A DNA stretch of 57,716 nt, filler included, from Sphacelaria rigidula (GCA_964200075.2; 8 parts of 8 records of this genome joined end to end with filler, not necessarily neighbours in it); one strand, 5' to 3'. Shown: positions 1 through 12,915, counted from the whole stretch's first letter. Numbers and translations are program-made. Notes: generated from the letters alone by a model not told the origin.

Positions 1-69
1 GGATTGATTCGCCACGAGTTGACTCATCATACTAAAACCAAGTAATTTTCAGACGAATCATTGTTTGTC

Positions 70-935
70 CGACCCTTGAACTCATGGAAAGAAAAAAAGT
101 CTAGGTCTGGCTTCCCGTTTGTTAATTATGCCCTATTCATAGTCCATACCAAGTTTCAGGGGCCAACTAAAAAAATTGAGGTGTGACTTGGCCGTTTTGT
201 AACCGGATCGGTAAGAATTCGGAACAGTTTTTTGCAGGCCACTTGCCGGCCCACACTTTGTGTTTGTGTATTGAAATTTGGTATGGGACCTCGCTAGGGC
301 TTAATGAACCAAAAAAAGTGGGTCCGTTTGTTTCTTCACTTGTTTAGGGCGTTTTAGTATGGGAACGATCACTTTTGAACGATAACGCCTGAACCTCTCT
401 CAAAAAAATATCGAAGGCCCATTTTTTTAAATCTTATCCAGCATACCTTTGTGGTTCTCCATGCTAGGTTTCAAATCACAATTCTTAAAATTAAGCTGAA
501 AAGCTGACATGAAGTCCAAAAGCAGTGTCAATTTCTCATCAAAACTCCCCTAGAAAAACGAGATATAAAAAAAAAGGAAAAAACATAAAACAAACTGATT
601 TTTCATTTCAGTAAGCACTAACGGTTCTCCATACAAATTTCAAAGCACCACTCTCGAAAGCTGAGACGCAATATCTAGACAGGGTGTATTTATTATCTAG
701 TGCCTCTGCTCGTAAGATATTGATTTTAGTATAGAACCTTACGTGCGCCATATCTCGAGATATATAACGAATTAGGTAAAGGCGAGGGTATCTCGTTCGG
801 GATGTCATATAGGTCTTATTAAAGATGCCATCTCGTGCGGGATAGGAATCACTAGATATGGGGCTTCATCAACGAACAAAATTGGCCCAGACTTTTGAGC
901 GGATGGGCACCTTCTCTTTGATCAGACGATCGATA
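70..935 (+). repeat. Dispersed repeat family A (unclassified, ~0.9 kb), copy 1
   Basis: Aligns by eye with 6272-7060 (shared TTATGCCCTA...CATACCAA, TTTGTGGTTCTCCATGCTA, TAGGAAT..CTAGA.ATGGGG), with 4680-4880, and in reverse complement with 52005-52320. Confidence 0.75.
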
Positions 936-1064
936 CGATATGCGGATCACGGCCCAACTTGTCTGTGTCGATGAGATATTGCTTTTCGAGAGCTTAAACC
1001 CGCTTCTAGGCTGGACCAGCCTGTACGGGTGTGGAGAAAACGTGACGTTTTATGACACTCGCAG

Positions 1065-2879
1065 CACACCCAGGACGCCTGTGCTCTGTGTAGAACAGCT
1101 ATGGAGACCATCGGCACCATGGAGGAGGTGCACAGCGCAGCTGTTCTACCTAAATTCAAACGTTTTGGGAATCGGGACTGTGTCTGTTTTGGTGGCTCCC
1201 CTCGTCTTGCATGTAGTTTGGTTCCCTCTTTTCGTTCTTGTTCGATATTTGGCGTGCTTTGTCAGTTCTGGTTCCTCGCGATGTTTCGGCAAGATAGATG
1301 TCTTCGGAGATCGCGTTATTTTCTCATTTCGTTACGATCCCAAACATTCAGCGTACTTCATTTACCGTCACGGGGTTGCATGAACGAACAGAGATTGTTT
1401 TGGAATATATGGACTGTATTTCATTGTACACAAAACAAAGCATACCCACTGTCATGTGATGCCACACCTTTATTGAATCACACTCCTCAGGGGAATTTAG
1501 CAACAAAATAACATCTCCCGTCAAAGAATCACCCCCCCCCCCCCCCCCCCTTGTTGCCACCCCCCCGGTAAGCAGGGCCCCAATGAAACGCACTTCATCA
1601 TAAAGGTGACGCTAAATACCACACCCCCTGTCGTATGATATGCCACATACGGTATACAACTGACAACTGACTCATTCAAAAGGTCATTCCCCTTCCTTGG
1701 GAATTGGGGCCCGACTTATGATTCCTTTGGAAATTTTCAAACAAGCATGGGTGACTTTTTGAGCTTGCAGATCTATCTGGCAACAGCGCCCCCCCGCGCT
1801 CGATTAACCCCCCCCCCTCGCCCCCTTGGAATTCACAAGCGGGAAATCTCAAATACTACGAAGACGCACATGAGCGAAGACACCATCTGTTGGCAAAACC
1901 CTGCCATCTCCTGAGCCATGCTTTCCGAAGCCGCTTCGCCAGGGTTGGCCTTGAATACCAGATTGAACCGTGTCACAGCGTCGTTGATCGACGAGCCCGC
2001 CTGCTTCAAGTCGAGAGCAGGGCATCATTACATCACTACACCTTACATGCACCACATGCTTTGCATATGAATTCACCATGAAGAGCAGGGTTTCGCGATG
2101 GAAATTGCGTTCATGTACTTACAAAGCCCAATTCGGGGATCCACTCACCGCCTGTGAACATATGACGAAAACAGACAGGTCGCGGGAAGCTAAAAAAATA
2201 TCAAGTACAACCAGGAGTGAGGCCCCGTCTTCCCGAGACGAAAAAAACGAGAATATTATTGAAACTGTGGTTTTGGGAATTCTTGTGATTGTTCAGGCTT
2301 TTGATCGTTCCGAGTTTGAGGAACAACCCGATGAGAGTGGCTGCGACACATGGGGTCACACGCCCGAGGCGCACAAGATAAGAGACACGCACAGCTATTT
2401 CTCCCAGCACTTCGCCGAGTGAGCAAGCATGGACCCATCAGCGGGTAGTACGGCCAGGGAATCCCAGCAGGACGGCAATCACGCACAAGATGCATCGGCA
2501 CTGTCGCACGGACGAAACGCAAACCGTCTCTCGCACGGGGAAGATAAGCAGTAACAGAATGGGCACCGGCTGATTCAACCCCACCCCAACCGTACGCGGT
2601 GCTCCGTCTCGAAAGGGATGCGTGGTCGACGGTCAAACGACCAGGGCAAGCAACAAATGAGTGCGCCGCCAAGCGTACACGGCCGGTGGTGGCGGTGTTG
2701 ATGGTGGTGTTGATGTTCCCTTTTCCTCGTGCGAGAGACGAATCGCGTTTCGGCCGTGCGACAATGCCGATGCACCTTGCGCGTGATTGCCGTCCTACTG
2801 ACAATCCCTGGCCTAATTGTCATTGTTTTTCTTGCCTTCGACAAGAAGGCGGGCGAAAAATATGATGAGGAGGTTGTGA
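1065..2879 (+). CDS. 3' part of an unknown spliced gene with a CxxC (CALCR, RING-like terminal pair)
   Basis: Phase-compatible GT-AG exons 1065-1127, 2297-2418 and 2846-2879 give HTQDACALCRTAMETIGTMEE/AFDRSEFEEQPDESGCDTWGHTPEAHKIRDTHSYFSQHFAE/RRAKNMMRRL*. No family recognised; 5' exons not found. Confidence 0.45.
2452..2813. mobile_element. MITE/foldback element with ~95-bp TIRs (GGCCAGGG...CCCTGGCC), possibly PIF/Harbinger-type
   Basis: 2452-2550 is an imperfect reverse complement of 2715-2813. Flanks are TAC and TAA. It fills most of intron 2419-2845 and carries a family-C module at 2603-2668. Confidence 0.65.
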
Positions 2880-3056
2880 ACGGTCACACCATTCTTGAAA
2901 CCACTTCTCGTTTTACGTGTCTCGACAAGACACAGCCTTAGCAGCTATTATAGCTCACTTGTGAGAGTTGTGGGAGTTGCGCTTTGGAACTTGGTATGGA
3001 GTAATGAAGGGGCATTACGAACAACAATAGCTGTGGTTCATTTTTTCATGAGTTAA

Positions 3057-4260
3057 CCCGTTGACCGCGAACCCCCCTTGGATGGTGGACTCAGACTATG
3101 CCACACTTGGGGTTCAGAACAGCTGTTTCTTCAAAAGGCAAAGCGCCTTCTTTCATGAGTGCGGCTGTCGGGCATATATATATATATAGATGGATAGATA
3201 GATATACAGAACATGGTCCCACAGAACCCGCGACCGGTTTTGAACCTGCATTCAAGTACGTGCAGAGTCAGTTTCGTTTTCGTGGGTAGATATATGCTTT
3301 TCATTTGGCTTGCAAATGTCGCACGCTGGCAGTCGCCACTGCTGCGATATATGCAAGCCACAGTCTCTCCTCCTCTCCAGGCTTTCATTGAAGTCCCGGT
3401 ACTTCCGGAGCAGGGCTGGTATACCTTCGACGTGTGCTACTATTGCACGCATGTCGCATTGTCTGGACAGTACCCCCCCTTATTATGTTTGTACTACTGC
3501 TACTCTACCGTAAATACGTTCGATTTTTTTCACCAGCGGCTGAATACAATGGTCTGCAACCGTCAGCATGCCATCGCTCCCCACTAACCATACGGTGGTG
3601 TTTTGCCGGGGAAAGGCCACAGTGCTAATCGTACACGCACGTGGCATCATCTCAACTGTACTTCCTGTACTTTTTATCGTCTCTGTACTTCTGCTGCCGC
3701 AGCCGGTGCTGCTACTCCACCGTACATGCGAACTTTATTCATCACCGGCGACTGGACACAGCGGCAAGAAACATTGAGCGTGCCGTTGCTCTTTACAGAA
3801 CACAGCCTACTGCACGCTGCTGATGTCTCTGCTTAGTGTTCCGCAACACTACAGACGGTGCGAAGCTATGCTGGCGACACAAGATGGGTCGGACAGGCGG
3901 CAGAGATTACAAGGCGTCGTCGTTGCCCATGTTGCCTGTGGTTGAATGGTAATAACAAAAATGGCCGAACATGGCTATGCTACTCCATCTGTCGTCGATC
4001 TGTAGAGGAACAAAATAAATATCCTGACCCATCACAGCTATCAAAATGGTCACTCCCCTCCTGTTGGGCCTCGTTTCAGGCTTCGAATTGTCCGTGGGAA
4101 ACTTCAAAACACACATGGCTGACTTCGTGAGCTTTCCGGCTGTTCTGCAAACAGGCATCCACCCCCCGTTAACCCCCCCCCCCGTCCCCTGGAAACTCCG
4201 GGATGTCCCTGGACTGTCGGCCGGCGAAAATGTACTGAGGCGGCGCTCGCAGTCAAAGGG
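3057..4260. mobile_element. piggyBac-type non-autonomous DNA transposon
   Basis: TTAA (3053-3056), then CCCGTTGACCGCGA ... TCGCAGTCAAAGGG, then TTAA (4261-4264). Subterminal 4005-4220 is homologous to 5922-6190. No transposase ORF. Confidence 0.75.
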
Positions 4261-4309
4261 TTAAAGGTATATAACAAGATGAACTTTTCACAAAATGCTC
4301 TCAACTGCA

Positions 4310-4664
4310 TGTGCGTGTTGTCATCCCACCTATTCTGCACGCCAGTCTACACCTTTCGGTATGTGTGGGCGCATCAGCCGGGGTCACACAGGAAGGCCTA
4401 CAAGTGATATTTTTCTTTTTTCTTTTGTTTCAGTGCTCCATCTTCCTTCAGCGGTGCTTGCCTTCATTTTTTTTACGCGAGGGGTCCCTTTCCCTCGTCG
4501 ACCATCAAGTCGAGTTTTGTGTACACACGACACAGTCAGTCGCTGAATCACTCTTGGGCATGGTGTGAGAAAAAGTTCCCGATCGTGTGACTTCACCGAG
4601 ATCAGAACCTCCGACCCAACCGTGAGAAGGCTACATGGTTACCAACTGAGTCACCGGGGTGACC
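4310..4664 (-). mobile_element. tRNA-derived SINE family 1, copy
   Basis: Minus strand begins GGTCACCCCGGTGACTCAGTTGG (A box), with a degenerate B box, the body shared with 32865-33361, 47417-47780 and 52965-53407, and a CA-rich tail. Confidence 0.8.
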
Positions 4665-5289
4665 AACTAATGCAAAAAGTCAAAGTAACCCACAGCTGAT
4701 ATTTTCGTAATGCCCCTGCGATAACGATACCAAGGTTCGAATCACAACTCTCAAAACTGAGCTGGTAAATCCAGATTTCATGACTCTCCTTGTAATGTCA
4801 AATTCAGTGTGGGATCTCATGCGCGCCACATCTCTCGATGGATGGCGAATGAAGTGAAGGTGGGGGTATCGATAGTTTTCCCGCACACCAAGGAATGGTC
4901 ACACTACAGCTGGCGACAGCACTTGAGAAATCACCTGTGAAGAAATCGAGGCTCACATTTTTCAGATTTTAGGAAATATATGCTGAGAAAGTTTGCTCAG
5001 ATCGGAGCGAAATAAGGATAAGACATTGAAAAGTGCAAGAGGCTCGGCGGATAATGAATCTGTCATCGACACTGCGGCCTTGGGAAATGAGAAATTGATC
5101 CCAAACCCATCAGCCCCTCTACGCAAAGATGCTCCCCCCCTCTCTACCCCCCCCCTCCCCCAAGAAATTGGCCTTTAAGAAATTCACCATTGCACGTGTG
5201 CGGAAAGTGAGAAATTGGCTGTAAGAAATTACGCTTGGCTCGGCGATGATAATAAGATTTGAGCCTCGCCTCGAGCTAGAGTTTCTTAA

Positions 5290-6234
5290 CCCTTAGACGG
5301 CGACCCCCCCGCTGGTAGACTGAGGTAGACTCTCCACTTCTTCGGTTCAAAATCATTCCTTTATCACAACTCAAAATGCCTACTCTACGGTGGAAGGGAC
5401 CGGGAGTGCATAAGAGGCACATGGTTGTGAGGAGCATGCATAACACAGACGGTGGTGTGGTTGTCGACCATGTGATTATTAAGCCTCATACTTTTGCTAT
5501 GCAGTCTGTAGTGTATCGTGCCGCGGCTGCACGTGCGGTCTGGAGCGTACTGGATCTTACAGTGTTGAACGTGCCGAGTGTTCGCAGCGTGCGTATGGGT
5601 ATCGCACCATGACTACCGCTGCGAACGACCCTGACTACCGTAGAGCAATTGCTCGCCCATGGCGGTCGCGTCACCGTCGAAGTACTTGTCTACATCTATG
5701 TGCGTAGGATACTCGTGGCCGCCGCTCGCGTGTTGCGCGATGACCTTTTATACCAGATGGAGATGTAGAGCTAGTAGGACGCTCATGCAGTACTAAACAG
5801 ACACAGTACCGAAGATGCTCAAGCACCTGCTTTTTGGTTATATAATCTATGGTTGATTTGGCATGATCAGAATGAGATTTGAGGGTAAATGGCGAATGTG
5901 TTTACCAGGTGTCTACCTCTACCGGAACAAAAGTGCTCATTTTGACGACCGTGATTGATCAGAATGGTCATCCCGCGCCACTCGGGCCTCGTGCACGGCC
6001 CATGAATTTCTGCGAGAAACTTCCAAACACACATGGTTGAATCCGTGAGCTTCTCCGATGCTCCGCGGAGAAGCACCCCCCCNNNNNNNNNNTGTGCGCT
6101 TCCGCGCCTCCCCGGGCGGTCGCGCGCGGCCCCCCCCCCCCCCCCCCCCCCCCCCCCGAGCCCTGGAAACCCCCGAATGTCTCGGCACTGCCAACCTGTA
6201 CAACTGTTCCGAAGCGACGTTCGCCGTGTAAGGG
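5290..6234. mobile_element. piggyBac-type non-autonomous DNA transposon
   Basis: TTAA (5286-5289), then CCCTTAGACGGCGA ... TCGCCGTGTAAGGG, then TTGA. Both subtermini resemble element 3057-4260 but the interior differs. Contains a 10-N gap at 6083-6092. Confidence 0.7.
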
Positions 6235-6271
6235 TTGAGGGCGTTTTACTGATACCTGAAAACTGATTATT

Positions 6272-7060
6272 GCCCTTAACTCACCAAAAAAAAACTTCTG
6301 GGGCTTCTTTACATTTTATTATGCCCTATGCATTGTCCATACCAAATTTGACGCTCCAACTCTAAATATTGGCCGGCGCATTCGCCTTTTAAGAACCGGG
6401 TTGGTAGAAAATCGGAACAGTATTTCACCGGCCCACGTTTGGTTTTTGTGTAATGAAATTTTGTGTGGGCATTTTTTCGCTGGTTAAGGGCGTTATAGTA
6501 TGGTGAAGACCATTTCTTCACGAGAAGGCCCTAACCTCTATGAAAAAACAAACTGAAGGACCATTTTTTTTTTATTCGACACACTTTTGTGGTTCTCCAT
6601 GCTAACTTTCAAATCACACTTCTGAAAATTGAGCTGAAACACTAAGCTAAGGCCCAAGAGAAATGTTCATTTCTCGTGAAAACCCCACTAAAACACGGAA
6701 AAAAATGACAAAGGTAATATGCTGTTTTTATTTTTATTTATTATGCACTAGCGGTTCACCACACAAAATTTTATGATACAACTCTCAAAAACTGAGACTC
6801 GATATCCAGATTCAGGGCATCCCGTGGTAGTATATTGATTTTAGTAAGGAAACTTATGTTCGCCATATCTCGGGATAGGTTACGAATTAGGTGAAAGTGA
6901 GGGTGTCTATCGTCTCCCCTTGCTCCGGAGAATGTCCACACCAAAATTTGTCGTCATCCACTGAATGCATCGATCCGGAGTTTCATAAAGATTTTAGTAT
7001 GGACGCCATCTCCGTTAGGTGTAGGAATTGCTAGACATGGGGTTTAATCAACGAGAAAAT
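6272..7060 (+). repeat. Dispersed repeat family A, copy 2
   Basis: Collinear, diverged direct copy of 70-880. Confidence 0.75.
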
Positions 7061-7127
7061 ATCAAGGCTCCTCTCGGGAATATTCCCGCGGGAAAAATAC
7101 CGCGGTATTTCCACGGGAATGGGAAAT

Positions 7128-7227
7128 NNNNNNNNNNNNNNNNNNNNNNNNNNNNNNNNNNNNNNNNNNNNTTAATTAATTAANNNNNNNNNNNNNNNNN
7201 NNNNNNNNNNNNNNNNNNNNNNNNNNN
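7128..7227. other. Artificial contig linker
   Basis: N44-TTAATTAATTAA-N44; the 12-mer gives stops in all six frames. Confidence 0.98.
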
Positions 7228-7569
7228 TCCGTCCCGGCTTTGTAGGGATGCGAGGTCAATGGTCTGATGACTATGGCATGCATGATCATGAGTACACCCT
7301 AGTGCCATGTTCCCAACATCGTACTAACGCCTTCGCTCAGTGGCTGACGCTGAAAGAATCTTCGAACGGAAAAACCTGTAGCATCACACGAACAATTGGA
7401 GGACTTGCGTATCTCTGTGGACAAACTGGAGCAATGCCGAAGAAGCTGTCCGAATGAAAACGATATGGGTATACTGTCCTCACGACAATTTCATCGGCGT
7501 GGTAGCCTATTATAGTAGAGCAATTCGACTCGGCTCGCAGTCATTGTCGTTTCTCATACCGACACGCAG

Positions 7570-10500
7570 GAAAAAAATGGAAATCATAAGCAACAAATTT
7601 CGAGGCGAGATAGAAGAGATTGAAAGGATACAAGAGGTCGTGCGAATGCGCCAACGTCGCCTTGCGCGTGCCAACCTTCGCGCGTGCTGCGCCATCATGA
7701 TCCAGACGTGTTGGAGGAGACATCGTGCACGAGTTTTGGCACGGGAGCGGCGGGGTGCTATCCTCGGTGCCATGGTCAACCGATGGTGGACACGGTGAGC
7801 GCCGAACTACAAACCGGCCAATTTCGGGGATGACTAGGAAGTATCATGGTGGTACAGTAGTGACCCGATATCATCACTCGGAATGCTGGGGTCCGTGCTC
7901 GTGGGACTATGACTAGAAAAGACCATGCTGCTGTCGGTGCTTGCTGATAACAATCAGACACGGAAAATCTAGAGCAACCCGGTGTGTCAGCTCATCCTGG
8001 GCTCTTGTACGCCTTCATTCGAAACGATCTCCAATGGTACTGTCTGTACGCGAAACCGGGTGAAGAATTGAATGGTAACCTGACGAGATTAAAATGCGCG
8101 AAAAGGTTCTCGCGCAAGGCATATTTGCCATTGGGTTTGATGCACCGCATGAGGGCGTCTGTCCAAATTTTCATCGAAAGCAGGTACAAAAGGAACAGGA
8201 CCTTGCAGAAGATACAAAGATTCGTCTCGGCGTCGATCAAGCGTACCAAGCGACAGCGTGCTATAAAAGAAAAGGCGGTGCTCGGCCTTCAGCGTTCATG
8301 GAAAAGGCGGGTGGCACGTGAGACGGCAGCTCGGGACGCAATGGTAGAGGCTGCAATTGAGGTATGATGGAATGCTAGAAGACTAAGTAGGACAGAGGTA
8401 GGTAGCCGTGGGAATCACGGAAAGTAGGATGTCCCCCCGCCCCCCCCTATCCGTCTTGAAAGGGATGCGTGGTCAATGGTCAAACGACTAAGGCAAGCAA
8501 CAAATGAGTACGCCCCCCCCCTATCCAATGTTGGGTGAGACACCCATGAGTAACCCGTGGCTATCTCTGAAAGTGGCGACACCAGAAAATAAAGCAACTC
8601 ATTGTAGACTGTTATCCATGTGCAAGATAATCAGTAGGCTTCGAGCCGAACAATCTAGCAGGGTGCAGCTCACCCCTCGTGTGACTCGCCGAACCCACCA
8701 CGGCGCCTCGCGCTTGGTGATTGAGTGCGAGCCTGGTCCGGCGAAAACCCGGCGTGATCCGTCCCGGCTCTGTAGGGATGCGAGGTCAATGGTCTTCCTA
8801 CGGCATGCAAGATCATAAGCACACCCCTCTTACCCAATGTATACTTGCGGAAGCTCGTGAGCCTTGAAGAACACAAAAATGTGGCAATGTATGTCCTGTT
8901 GCGTAAGATGTATATCCTGGAACTCTCGTTGCAGTACTGCCTTCGGTGTACCGGTCGTGCCATCGACATATTCCCTATCGAACAGTGCTTACGCGAATGC
9001 GGTTTCAGTTCGTAGCAAGGCTTCGTAGATACTACCGTTCGTAGCTGTAGTAGATCGCGTGTAACGGTTGATCCGGGGGTACGGTTGGGGCTCGACGACG
9101 ATCATCTCGAGGGGCTAATTCTGCTCAAGTCACCCAGCGACTAAGTTTTGATGCCCACCGCCCCGCTTTTGACCTTTTTTCATGTCAACTAATCAGGCTC
9201 TATTGATGGATATACTGTCACATATTTCTTTCGCCGCGTATCGGGATAGTATGGCGATGGTCATTGCACGGGCTTGGAGAAGGCGACGATCACGTCCGGA
9301 TAGTACGCTTCGAAAGGTGCGCTCGTGCAACACTGCCGATATGAGCGTCAAGACTCGGGGTGTGTACGAGGGGCTTATCCGCAAACGTGTGGAGTTGAGG
9401 GCCTGGGAATAACTCCGCGTCCAAGGCCAGTAATTTTTTTTTATTCGACAGGGACGTTTCGGGACGAAAAGTTGGTGTTGGTAATCCTTTTGGAACCCAT
9501 TGACGATCTTTGTTTTTGCGAATCGGCATCATTTGAACTTGAAAATGACTGAAAATGATGCCGATTCACACAAACAAAGATCGTCAATGGATTCCAAAAG
9601 GGTTAAGAGGATACATACAATGCAAGATGTGAATGCTCAACCTGAAGGTCACGCTAGTCATCCGCCCGAATCACCTCAGAGGCAGCGTGGCAAAAAATAA
9701 CGCAGCGGCCTATGATTGCAGTTGGACGCACAACTCATGCTCTTCTTTTATTGACCTCATGTTCACACACACGGATGAAGGCCCATCGTTGTGCCCGTTA
9801 TTTAAGATCCTGAAACACCACAACTACCTTATCGTCGCCTTCTCACCTCTAGTCCAGCGCCCTCTTGCCCCCGGTATTGCATCCTCACATAACAACCAAT
9901 TTTGCAGGGGTTCCGCGGTGGTCGGGCGTTCCTCACCCAAGGTGGGGCAGCATCTCCCCGCCGAAAACAACGCGGGTATAGCACCGCCATTCGCGGTGGA
10001 CTACAGTCAGACCCGTCCTCGCACTCGTCTAGCGGGGGGACTACGCGAGGAAAAGGCCGAGACAGGCGAGTCACGCAGAAACGCTTGTTTACACCCTTTG
10101 AACGCAAGGGTGGGTCACCTGTTGAATAGGCATCACATTGACTTGAAAAATGAGTGTGTGATACCCAGATGATCCACCTTACCGCTCGAACGTTCAGCGG
10201 CGGGGACGGGAGAAATTAAGGCGACACGTTGCGTAGGACTCGGAGAATGAATCCTTGTGGAAAGTGGCTTGTGCTCCTCTTTCTCTAAATATCTGGGGCT
10301 CATATCACAGATGCTGTAGCACGAGAAAATCACGAGCACGTAGACAAACACCTCTGTGCGACAAATTGGAAACGAAAGTACTTTTCCGCGACTCCGAACC
10401 TCAAGGTGATCAGCCTCCTGTCTTACGGCGTCAGCTTAGCTCAACGATGAGCGACAGAAAAATGATACCGTTCGGCTCACAAATGTGGTCCTGTGATCTA

Positions 10501-11052
10501 CACTGCCTGGTAGATTTCAGGTAAGGTCCAGTCTGCCAGAATGAGATGGCATCAGTCGTTGTTGAGGGGAGGACATAATGTTTCCCGTCCGTCCCGGAGA
10601 AAATCGTTCATGGCTTCGTATCCCACCCCCCCCCCTTTTCCCCCCCGCCCCCCTTTCCCGACCACAATCATACCAGGCAAGCGCGCCCACCCCCCGTCCC
10701 GATGTCGATGGGCACCGTCGTCTCTAACGTGGTAGCTGACGGCAAAGAAGCGGCCGCGAGGTCTCAGCGCCTTCCTTCCACCGCGGGCAGTATTTCCGAG
10801 CGTGCGGAGCAAGAAGACGCATACGAAAATTCCACCTCCAACTCCAGCGGTGCGCCACGCCCAGAATCGCCAGGAGGATGGGCTCGTGACAAGAAACCCG
10901 ACGATGCTAGGCTGCCATGGTGTTCGAACGGAAGTAAAACAGGCGGTGTACCGCAAAGAGAGCGCAAGACATCCTCGGCTACCGCTGTCCGCGGGATCAC
11001 AAACCCTACCAGCCCGAGAGGAAACGACAATAATAGTGACGCCAACTTGAAG

Positions 11053-11084
<32 letters not shown>

Positions 11085-11880
11085 TCGGCAGCAGCAGCAG
11101 CAGCAGCAGCAGCACCGCAATAACCAGAACAAAGCTATACGCCCACCATACGCTACCGTGCGACGGAGTGTTGCTAGTGATAGTGGAAGCGGTGCCGAGA
11201 ACGGGGAGGGTACTGGGCTTAAGCTCAAAGGCGAGAATGGCGACAACGCTCTTGGTAGCGCGGCGACCATTCCGCCTCGAAACCTGCCCATGCGTTCCGA
11301 GCAAGCTACGTCATCGGCGGCGCTTGCAGCCAAGTCGCCGCAACGTGGAGTATCATCGGTACCACAGCCCCAGCGTCCCGATGGTATGAGGCCGAGCAAG
11401 CTGCAAGAGGGTCGGTCCCGAATGTTCTCATTGGGGCGGAGGGAATCCAACGATGTTGTCGACCACGGTGCCGTTGTATCGGACAAGTTGGAGCGGTCAT
11501 CCTCACCCGTCGCCGCTGGCGTTCGAAGCGGCGGTGCTGCTGGCACGAACGGCTGCCGTATGGTAGGCTTGTCCCCTACGGAGTCACTGTCTGTTTCGGA
11601 AAGGCTTGTAGATGAGGCCCCTCCCAAACCAGTCGGGAGCGCCTTCAGCACCGACGACGCATCAGGTAAACTTGCGAAGGAGCAGCGCACTAGCGTGGCG
11701 AAAGGGGGACCATCGAGTGGACGACCTGGCGTAACGGTAGCAGTAGTGGACGGTGTGGATTGCCAGGTTGGTGTTCCTACCTTAGTTGGGTCGACGCCGC
11801 CTTCTACTCCAAGAAGTCGTGCGGAGGACTACGCCGATGAATCGTTTGAGTCTATTTCTGAGACTCCTCCGCTCCGATGA
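7570..11880 (+). CDS. IQ calmodulin-binding-motif protein with a long disordered polyQ-containing C-terminus (5' truncated)
   Basis: Phase-consistent exons 7570-7794, 8184-8361, 9197-9316, 9908-10109 and ~10682-11880 (last acceptor uncertain). IQ-like motifs: AIMIQTCWRRHRAR, LQKIQRFVSASIKR, AVLGLQRSWKRRVAR, AMVIARAWRRRRSR. The 392-aa ORF 10702-11880 lies in the last exon. Confidence 0.8.
8450..8826 (+). repeat. Dispersed repeat family C (unclassified modular repeat)
   Basis: The ~65-bp module CCGTCTCGAAAGGGATGCGTGGTCAATGGTCAAACGACTAAGGCAAGCAACAAATGAGTAC also occurs at 2603-2668, 21947-22010 and 50412-50474. The ~290-bp module GAGACACCCATGAG...GATCATGAG also occurs at 14968-15268, and in part at 7228-7299, 14656-14730 and 50305-50403. 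Confidence 0.8.
9485..9602. mobile_element. Hairpin MITE, piggyBac-type ends
   Basis: ~48-bp arms (CCTTTTGGAACCCATTGACGATCTTTGTTT...GAATCGGCATCATTT and its reverse complement). Flanks GTAA and TTAA; right end is GGG. Confidence 0.7.
11053..11112 (+). repeat. CAA/CAG trinucleotide repeat encoding polyQ
   Basis: Q10-HR-Q8 in the reading frame of the IQ protein. Confidence 0.95.
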
Positions 11881-12915
11881 TGGAAACGCACACCGTCGTA
11901 TCGAAGCTTGTACAAAACAACGAGGGGCCTGACGCGTTGCTTCCTTGTAGAATGTGTATACTTGCTCGAAAATAATAGTGGGGTATCAATCGAGACAGTG
12001 AAAGCCGCCACTGGTTGAAGTTGCACCGTGGTATACTCAGCAGTACGCATGCCATTGGTTGCCTTACGATGAATAATACACTGGAGAGAGAAGTAGAGAG
12101 GTGGCTCGCATTTTCTTCACTGGCCCCCAAAGGATGAAGCTGGCTTGTTCTTTTGCTTCCGCGACGAATACAGGCGCATTCTCAAGATGAACGTGACCGA
12201 GGTGAATAGGCGGAAACAATTGCTGAGGGATACTCGAGGAAAGGGGAAAATAAATGGAAACTGAAAAAAAAAGTGTTCTCCTTTTTCTTTTTTTTCTTCA
12301 TTTTCCTATTTTTCAACACTCTCGTTCCGCGTCGACTCTCGTCAAGTTAACTTCCTTTTGCTACTCACATTCTCATGCTTTCAACTGTGCAAGTCAGGTA
12401 TAGTCTTTGAAGACGAAGTGTATGTGCCGGAACCCAAACCCGCAGCCTTCCAACTTAACTGACGGTATATATATATATATTATATGTATCGTTTTCATTT
12501 AGATCATCCGGGCGCAGCGCATGCACACAGAATCTGCAACAGAAAACGTTGCGTTACGAGAGACGACCAAACCACACGAAAACCGAAAATGGAGAGACAG
12601 TGTAGGATGCAAACGTAGCACGCACGTATCGGTACAATACACGAATGCCCAACCATTTTCTCATGTCGGAGGAGGGCGGCATACGTAAAAATGCTCTCCC
12701 TAAGATGATTCGCGTTCCCGAGAGGGCACTCTTGTCGTTCCCTCATCACCATGTTTCCGTTTTGTTTTTGTACGACCCAAGCCATGCGGCAGAGAGACAC
12801 CGTTCTTCATTTCTTCTTCTCCTCTCTTCTCCTCTCTTCTCCTCTCTTCTCCTCTCCATTCCTTTTCATTCCTTTCCATTCCTCTTCTCTGTACTTTTTG
12901 TTCTCGTCGATTCTG

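Noticed and set aside
10552..11690. Long minus-strand ORFs (308 aa with polyCys, 250 aa with polyLeu)
   Set aside because: Antisense shadows of the GC-rich CAG-repeat exon on the plus strand.
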